Positions 35,951-44,367 of a stretch of 44,367 nt of DNA are shown here, one piece after another (position 1 is the first letter of the stretch; every line of letters begins with the position of its first letter). The notes under the pieces are model-generated. The model did no database searches. It had not been told where the DNA came from and worked only from the letters and a program-made list of their open reading frames with translations. Both the position numbers and the translations under genes were made by a program. This stretch comes from Craspedostauros australis (taxonomy: Eukaryota), in assembly GCA_030167865.1 (NCBI GenBank), contig JALAGF010005749.1, forward strand, positions 1 to 44,367, in the 5' to 3' direction.

Positions 35951-37323
35951 ATGACGAAGAACAAAAGATCCAAATCCTTCGCCAACGATGGGCGGCACAC
36001 GCACAACACCAACTCCCCTCAGACGAACGTCACGATGACCCACTCGATGCCATCATCATCATCACCATCGATAACAGGTGACAAGCCCCAATCCAAGAGC
36101 TCACGACGATGGAAGAGCCGAAAGCCGAGCCGTTGCATGTCGCTGCCCACGACCGCCAAGGAGACGATCGGCATCATGAAGTGCAGGACGCTCGATGAGA
36201 GTCTCAGCAGCCACTACGGCAAGCAGTCCAGCCACAGGGCCATGAGCCTGCCAGCCAACATTCAATTCGACAAAATCATCATCCGGGAATACGCACGCAC
36301 CGTCGGGGACAATCCGTCCTGTAGTTCGGGACCTCCTGTCACGTGAGTATGCCACCATTCGCACCCGCGTTCGCCTTCTGATTATCGTCGTCGCCGATGA
36401 TGATGATGATGGTTCGGATTGTTTGTGGAGATGGTCGTATGTTCGTTGTCATGCGCGCGTGTGTGTGTGGATATGCTGCATATATGCATGTACGGAGATA
36501 GATGTAGATCTCGTCCAGGTGCCTCAGCATATGGCTCGCCTCTTCCATCAAGGCACATCCCATGGCGTGATGAATGTTCGACTCGACTTTACTCTATTTG
36601 GATTCATTCTCACATTGTGCCTTGCCTTCTTTGGCTCCATCTATCACCGGTGCTTCGGATTCGGACGCAACTTCGATGAACTGACGACGTGCGTGCGGAC
36701 TTGCGTCGCGCTCCGCCTCCTCGGTTTGCGACTCCTTCGACAGAATATCGTGGGAGTACAACAGCGCCCGCCCGATCCCGTTGGATGATTATGAGGATGG
36801 CAGACCGCCACGCCGCACCACGTACGAGATGGTCCTGCCGCGCGCCATACGCCAGAGCATGCTCAAGGCCGACTGGGGCGTCCAGCAGCACCAGATAGCG
36901 CGATCCGTCAGAAAGATTGTCCGGGTCAAGAACCAGCGCCGCTCGACAGTCAACAACCTGGGCAAGGCCACAAGGGTGGAGGAGGTATGGGAAAGCTTCT
37001 GCCGCAAGCTGAAGCGAATCCTGACATTGCAGAAACCGGTCAGCGCCCAAGTCGAGGATCTGGAATCGCAGATCGACCAGGTGCAGAAACAGCGCGCACA
37101 GCAGAGGCTGTCCATCATGATGGCGGAGGAATACGAAGAAGCCAAACAGGACCACGGTGACAGCGAAGAATCTGTCGAGGACAACAGCAGCAGCAACATG
37201 AACGACGACGGCGGAGACAACAACGATAGAAACGCGACGTCGGTCATCGTCATCGAAGGTTATGAACATGAAGCTGCCGTCTTGCCCGAGACGGCGCCGC
37301 AGCAACTTTCAAGTCGCCGATGA
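35951..37323 (+). CDS. Protein with the 'IxF..IREY..GDNPS.SSGPP.ISW' motif domain; 2 exons (35951-36342, 36744-37323)
   Basis: A GTGAGT..CAG intron (36343-36743) joins ...REYARTVGDNPSCSSGPPVT|ISWEY...LDDYEDGRPPRR...MLKADWG. Start codon uncertain (35951 or 36035). Confidence 0.85.
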
Positions 37324-38672
37324 AGCCACTATCAACTGTTCCACTCTCATTTACTCTGCTATCGTTGGATGTGCGTCCCACGTACATGTGCAGCGCAGTG
37401 AAGTGCAATGCAACCACGGCGCTTGATGGCAGAGAGAGGGGGTGACACTACCGTTGGCATCAGCACAGAGCAAGCGAACGATAAGGTAACCGATCAACTC
37501 GGCAGAAGCTATTTGCCTACAATCCGTGCCAAGAGAAGGAGCATAATCGTGAATGCTCGACACACGCAGAGATCGTTAGCACTGCCAGCACTGCAACGAC
37601 ATCGTGAACAATGCAAAGTCCGACAGGCACCAGGGGCCATCAGTTCCTAAAGCCCGGTAGATTGGCAAACGGATGTCTGCCATATGCGCAGTCTGTGGCG
37701 GCATCACGCGGATAATTCCAACCGTCGCAACCCACCGCAATTTTTACTCCTCCCCACTTTTGATAATCTATTCGATGTAGATACGTTTATTCCTTCCATC
37801 CTGCGGGTCATACACGTACGCACGCCCGCCTGCTGGCTTCATCACGATAGCGATCCAGTGTTGCGCGGCAGCGTACCATCGCATGAAGAGCTGGCAGCGG
37901 TATCCATGCTGTTGCAGCTTACCTAGATTGCCGAAATGAAACTAGTAGCTGACAGCGCACCTTCATAGTTCGTACTCACATGACGAAAGGTTTCATAGCA
38001 GAAGATTATGACCCGTGTGAGTGAACGATGGTGCAGTCGCGCCTAGTCGTGACTCATATTTTCGTAAATTTTAAAATGATACATAAAACGTAATCTAGAC
38101 CACCGTGCGATCGTGTCCATATAAAAATGGTGTTCATCCGACCTTTGCTTCGAAAGTTAGAGACCTTCATCTTCCACGCACAACGCCGTGGTATTTTTCC
38201 TTCTCATATGTCGGAAATGGGTCTTGGTTGTTCGTGACTTATGATGTTCAAAGGCGTCTTTTCGGTTAGCGACGGATAACATTTGTCGATACATGCTCAC
38301 CAACGTCTCTACCAACCGCAACGTCACTATCTTGATCTATTCATGATGGGCATTTCATTGCGCTATTCTCTGATTTCCGCACTTGGTTCTCTTGCAGCTT
38401 CTTGTGCATGCGAATTGCCTGGTTCGTCTGTCGAGATGTACATGTGAGTATATGTCAAGATGTGCATGTATATGTGCATCGTTCACCCGTTATTCTCTCA
38501 TACGCACTTGGACGGTATAACTACACTCGTGTCGATAGTATGCTGTGATTCGTCAGAATTACAGCGGAAATGGAACACACGAAAAGGGGCAAGATTTCTG
38601 GAGGAAATTTGCAATCGACGATTTCTGAGAGAATTAGAAGATCGTCCGTCCATCCATCAATGGTACCAAGAG

Positions 38673-38817
38673 NNNNNNNNNNNNNNNNNNNNNNNNNNNN
38701 NNNNNNNNNNNNNNNNNNNNNNNNNNNNNNNNNNNNNNNNNNNNNNNNNNNNNNNNNNNNNNNNNNNNNNNNNNNNNNNNNNNNNNNNNNNNNNNNNNNN
38801 NNNNNNNNNNNNNNNNN
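38673..38817. other. Assembly gap (N run)
   Basis: Run of N. Confidence 1.
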
Positions 38818-39177
38818 AGATCATGGATACTGAAGGTGAACTTCAAATGGTAAGTACTCATGGAGTAGGAACCAGTACTGAATGAACGGAGTGTCGAATG
38901 CAAAGTATGCATCGAACGCGGAGTATCGTGTAGCACGAGCACACGATGTTGAGAGAGAGAGAGAGAATACAGAGAGGAGCAAGAGAGCATCTCGCGTACC
39001 GACTCATAGTCGGAGACCGAATCTATGAAACAGATTGAAGCACCGAGAGCATCGGGCAAGAGAACGGGCGTACACCGAGAGGATCGGAGTAGCCAAGTAA
39101 TGAAATAGCAAACAGACGACTATCAACCAACACCATCTTCCACGATCGTAGGTTACCGTGAGCGGAACTTGCCAACA
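38818..39177. mobile_element. Possible LTR terminal fragment
   Basis: Non-coding segment next to the gap, ending ...GGAACTTGCCAACA like the other LTR termini in the window. Confidence 0.35.
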
Positions 39178-39199
39178 TCGTCACAGGCTACGTGCTCCT

Positions 39200-42120
39200 C
39201 GTAGTCGTTCCGTTTGTCAACAACCCTCCATTGGTATCATCCATGCCATCAACAAAAATCGCAGGTATCAATTCAATTCAACTATCAACTACGCTTTACA
39301 ACTTGCTCATGAAGATCTACATCCATCATTCCGTTTTTGACGATGGCAGCCCCAGGCCGCACACAAAGGTACCACTCCTATTTAATGACGGACATGGCGT
39401 TATCCGTCATGCATTCAAAGATCACGATGATGCTGGCAGCGACGGTGGTGTTGATTGTGGCAGCGTTGACATAGACAGCCGTGATGACGCCCAGGATAGC
39501 ATTGTCAGTGGCTATGGTCGCCCCCATGGCAACGAAGGTGGTGGTGCTACCCACAGCGATGCTGTCATCAAGGACGATGGTGGTGATGGCAACGAAGATG
39601 ATGATCGTATCGGCATCCACCACAATTCCATCATTGAGAACGATGGGGGCGATGGAAACCGAGGTGGTGATCGTGTCGGCACCCGTATCGGCATCCACAA
39701 TGATTCCGTCAATGAGAATGATGGGGGGCGATGGAGATGGCGATGGCAATGGAGGTGGTGATGGCGAAGGCAACCCAAACGATTCCGTCATGGAAGGCAA
39801 TGGTGATGGCAATGGAGGTAGTGCCAGCAAGGGAAACAATGGTGATGATGGAAATGATGGCAATGGTAACGAGGGCACGGATGATGGCAGCGGCAATGGA
39901 AGGGATGGCGATGGTGATGAGGGTGTGGGTGACAGAGGAGATGGTGGCCAGGACATGGGTGATAGTGTCGACGATGGAAGAGATGACGATGACAACAATG
40001 GTGATGATTGTGACAGCAAAGAAAACGATGAGAGCGTGGGTGAGATGGATAAATATGGCGATGGAAGGGAAGGCAAAACGGATGAAGTCCAGCAGACATC
40101 ACAGGCCCTCCCAAGCACAAGAAAGTGGCACAGTCCTCGCTTGAAACCAGCAGGGCATCGGAGAACAAGCAACGAGAAGAGCAGCACCATCAGTTTATTG
40201 TCATGGAACAAGAGTTGCCAGTGTCCTAAGAGGAGCAAACAACAAGGCAAGCACAAGACTTCCCAGTCTGTCAACAAGCCAAAGAAAAGCACGGCAGTTG
40301 CGAAACCAGTACCCACGAAGGTGTACACTGATTTTATGAGCACTCCCAAGATTGAAATGGGAACCAGCAGCAGCTAAGGCACAAACACCGGTGAAGCGCT
40401 CATTTCGCTGAAAGACGGAATTAAATCCTTTCAGCAGATGTGCGACATGGATTTGATGGATGTCAAGGTCAAGAACGTCGCTTTTTCCACCACCCCATTA
40501 GAAGTCCATGTGTTTTTCCACATCTGTGGAGAGCGTGGGGCCAAGCTCATGCAAGACGACATCAAGGTCAGAGCCATTGGATCTCATGACATTGGAACTC
40601 CTCAATTCAACGCCACTGTCAATGTTCTGGAAGCAGAAACAGAATACGACCTCCTGGGCGCGGTTGGGGCTTCAGAAGATGGAGAAACGTCATTGACAGA
40701 AGAAGAGGATTCCAGTGATGAGGAATTCATCCCAGTGAACAGACAGAGCCAAGTCAGAGGCACTACTGCAGGGAAGCCTAGAGGGAGGGGATGGTCATCA
40801 AAAGCAAAATTTGTCAGGAAAATCATGCAGGGTATATTACAACAACTGGGGGGAGAAGACACTGAGGGGATGCTGAATGAAACACACCATGAAGGGTATG
40901 CATTGGAGATAGACCCATCCAACCACAGACCGTGGAGCAAGTCGAAAGGGGCATGGGTGCTAATGGCAGGTGCAGTATGGAAGTGCTTGTACCAAGGGGT
41001 GGCGAATGATTCTGGCTTGCTTGCTTGCGTGCTCAGGATGCGAAGTGAAACACTCTCAGGCACACAGATGACAGTCTTCTATTGATTATCTGTTGTTGGT
41101 GTAATGCTGATACACTCCTTGTTGTGAACCAGATTGTGACTGCATGCCATGAATCCAACAAAGACACATGCTCTGTTCGTTTTTGTGTTGTTTTTTGCCC
41201 CTGTGTTGTTTCAGCCACAAACACTCCGCCTTTGTTGCTTGTGACTGTACGGTCATACAATCTTTGACCAATACGAGCTATGTGACTCGTTTGACTCCAA
41301 AAATCGCTCTGTGGAGCCACCTTCAGGTACACTGGGGAGCACGATGGGATTCGTGAAGGGGAAAATGGACTTGCCACCTATTCACCTTGCCAAGAATCTG
41401 TACACACTGTGTCTAGTGGGCAATGAAGACATGTCTGCCGCATGTCAGAGCAATATTGCACAGTCTTCTTCGCCCCATCAGTGTACACAGGCGCTAAAAG
41501 CGTGCCGACAGTCACTTCCTGAACATGAATGACTGCGCCTTGCGCCAAAGCATTGCAACATCACAAGGAGACAAGTGACTTGTCTTTGAGACACATACAG
41601 GAGAATTTGCAGAGGGGAGAGAAGACCTGAAGTCAACTATCCGTACAGGGTGAGCGCCACTACAGTCAGAAGTGCTGTGTCATTTCTGTCGCAAGTGACA
41701 ATGCTAAGGGCAGGGATGTCACACTCAGTGACGTGGGGCGACATGACGTTCGAAAACGTGCCGGTCTTCAATCGTGGAGGGACATCAATTGGCAGGTTGT
41801 TCAAGATGTAGAAAGACACGAACAAGAACGGTCTGGGTTTTCCATCCTTCAACAATCTGGCCAAGCTCCTCAAGCAAAAGGCAATTGCAAGACTGGACTG
41901 TCATCGTTCAAAAACAGCTTCTGGATGGCGTCGGAGGAACTGAAGCAATTGCTCAATCGATTACTGAATCTGCTGCCGGCCAAGCACAGATGCGATCGAG
42001 ATGACAACAACGGTCAGTTGGGGGAAGCAATTGAAATTGCTGAGACCCTTCTGTACTATTGGGATCTGATGGTCGTGTTCCTTAATTGGAGAGCGAATTT
42101 TGGAGTCAAACGAGTCACAT
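39200..42120 (+). pseudogene. Degenerate transposon-like ORF of unassigned superfamily with a Gly/Asp/Asn-rich N-terminal region
   Basis: Series of broken same-strand ORFs (39481-40377, 40438-41085, 41311-41532, ~41640-42120), partial CpG loss and TE-cluster context. No definitive catalytic motif identified. Confidence 0.4.
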
Positions 42121-42391
42121 AGCTCGTATTGGTCAAAGATTCTGTGACCGTACAGTCACAAGCAACAAAGGCGGAGTGTTTGTGGCTGAAACAACACAGG
42201 GGCAAAAAACAACACAAAAACGAACAGAGCATGTGTCTTTGTTGGATTCATGGCATGCAGTCACAATCTGGTTCACAACAAGGAGTGTATCAGCATTACA
42301 CCAACAACAGATAATCAATAGAAGACTGTCATCTGTGTGCCTGAGAGTGTTTCACTTCGCATCCTGAGCACGCAAGCAAGCCTGAATCATT
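41005..42391. repeat. Long inverted repeat: arms 41005-41310 and 42090-42391, spacer ~780 bp
   Basis: The arms are reverse complements apart from a few substitutions and one 4-bp indel. The ORF track shows mirror-image peptides (41033-41377 - vs 42086-42367 +). Confidence 0.95.
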
Positions 42392-43142
42392 TGTTGGGAA
42401 TACTCAGTGTCGCACATCCAGGTCAAACATGACGATAACCCTCTGCACTGTGCACACTTTGCCTTGCAAAAGACGCCTAAATTGAAACGCAATCGCACCA
42501 GCCCCAAGACCAAAAGCCAAACGAACAAACACAAGATTTGAAGAACCCGAAACACCTGACCATCAGATTCTGCCTTGGACGTAGTGGCATGCACCAAATG
42601 AACTATTCACCCTCCTCCTACAGCCAATACTCGTCCCAGCACTGGTGCAGATGCGCCCACAGATGCACCCCCACAGATATCCATGAGGAAATTCTGTCGC
42701 GATAGAGGACCCCTGATGTCTCAGGAGACAAACTTTTTCATTTTTGTGCGAGGGCCTTGTCTCCTGAGATAAAACTAAAAATAACACGACGTTTCCTCGC
42801 GATGGGAAAAGTGGTCGACAAGTTGGACCCAAACCAGAATTGGAGCCCCTCGTTTTTCTTTCCTCGCGCGCATCATGTCCATGCTCTTCGGATGGACCGC
42901 TTCCTGCCTCTTTCTCTGTGTTCCCACGGCCAGTCTTACAAATGTAATCCTGATGATCTATCGAAAATGGTCATACATGTCCATCCATAGTGTTGTCTTG
43001 TTGTCCTACACTGTTGCTCTATATGCAAAATGTGAGTGCAAGCACGGTGATTGCTTGATCTAGAATGTTGTTGATTGAGGTGCTCAATATCTCCCGTTGG
43101 CTGCACTGGTTTCCCTTCAAGGAGTGTTGGATTATGCTGTAT

Positions 43143-44367
43143 CTATAACTTACACCTTGAGCCATTCCCTTTTTCGTATTCCTCTTTTCTGATGCTTGCA
43201 TGTGTTCTTCGTCTCATCGGAACAGTAACATCATGTACCTCCGGCGTCGACGTTTTCTTTCTCTGTTTGCGCGGCTGGTTTTCCCCATTGTCTTCTGCTG
43301 CCTCCGTTGTAGGGGCGATTGCTCGCTCAGATCGCTTCTTTGCAGGATGCTTTGCACTCCATTCAACGTAGTCAGGTTTGATGTTGACGGTCCAGGATCT
43401 ATTCTTTCCATGGAGCATTCTGTAGCAGGTGTTTGCTGCCACTATCTCTTTGTTGTTTCTGCCAATGAGATGGCACATCTCAAGCTCTGTTTCCATTCCA
43501 TGTGCTTCCTCCCATCGTTTGTAGTTCGCAGTTGGAGCTTCGCATGCAAACAAGTGGCACTGTATGCACATCCATTTTGTGATGACACTGCAAACAAGAC
43601 ATGGCTTCCGCATGTTTTCGCAGTGGATGGCTTCGTGGCTGCCCTCCTCAAGACGTTCCTCGAGCGCTTCGGCTTCCGTCGATGTTTTGTTTCTGTTTGG
43701 AGACAGCAGCTGTCGGATTGATTTACCATCATTCACCTCGCTGTAATTGGTGGGTCTGTCATCCATACATGGTTTTTGCTGTTGTGCTGCAGCAATTGAT
43801 GTGCTTCTCAGAAACAAGTTGGTCAGTTGAGTGTGCCCACTCTCCTGCTTCCTCCTTTTCGTGGCTATAGTGATGATATTGCCAAATACATCTTGCAATG
43901 TCTCCAAGGAAGTCGCCACAGAGCTTCAATGGTTAAGCATGTTTTGGTAGTTTGCCAATGTGGTGGCCCGGTCGAGGTCGGCGGAAGTATGGATGTCTTG
44001 TGTGCAACAGTAGTGCATCAGCTTGTGCAGAAACAACATGACGACTTCGAGAATGCGCACCACGGCTTGGCATTGAAATGTATCAAATGGTGGGTGTGCT
44101 TTGTGTTGCGTCGCCATCCTGGAGACGACATCGGATCCACCTTTCAAGGCATTCAAGCGAGATATGATGCTGGGCACGAAAGTGTGCACGTGTGGAATAG
44201 GGATGGGCAATTCCTGGCATGCCTTCCAGATCTTGAGCGTGTGTGACACATCTTCCACTGTCAATGCCGCGATGTGCTGCCCTCCCAAGGAGCGTACCTT
44301 TGGGTTGCGCTCTGATGACAGATATGTTTGCAGCGACTTCCCTGAGCTGGTAGCAGCAAGGGATCCA
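43143..44367 (-). pseudogene. piggyBac-like transposase relic, copy 3 (C-terminal part with D3 and the Cys-rich domain; continues beyond the window)
   Basis: IWKACQELPIPIPHVHTFVP..LNALKGGSDVVSR aligns with copy 2 I*KACHKTLSFPVPQVKTFIP..WNALKSGSDIMSR. CLVC..CIQCHLFAC..CYRMLH. One TGA at 43926. Confidence 0.8.

Noticed and set aside
37930..38672. AT-richer segment resembling a TE terminus
   Set aside because: No repeat partner, TIR or TSD was found within the window.

Overview
Eukaryotic DNA, most likely from a pennate diatom or another stramenopile. This is inferred from short GT-AG introns, a CoDi-type Copia pol, diatom-type 'REY-GDNPS-GPP-W' proteins and abundant pentamer microsatellites. 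A gene-rich core (~12.5-37.3 kb) holds a sulfotransferase-like gene, a GT77/Nucleotid_trans glycosyltransferase, a membrane-anchored J-domain protein, two paralogues with the GDNPS motif, PRP18, DPH4 and prohibitin-2. The core is flanked on both sides by nested, CpG-eroded transposon relics. The most notable observation is three diverged copies (~1.3-2.7 kb +, 6.2-10.7 kb -, 43.1 kb to window end -) of an unusual piggyBac-like transposase. In the near-complete copy a YqaJ/lambda-exonuclease (PD-(D/E)xK) domain appears to sit between the 2nd and 3rd catalytic aspartates, and copies 1 and 2 share a conserved spliceosomal intron. Other features are a solo LTR, a Copia RT-RNaseH relic with a chromo-like domain, a tRNA-derived fragment, a 1.6-kb foldback/MULE-like element with ~190-bp internal repeats, and a ~300-bp inverted duplication inside another transposon relic. 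Assembly gaps lie at 841-1004 and 38673-38817. All family assignments are by motif recognition; no searches were run.
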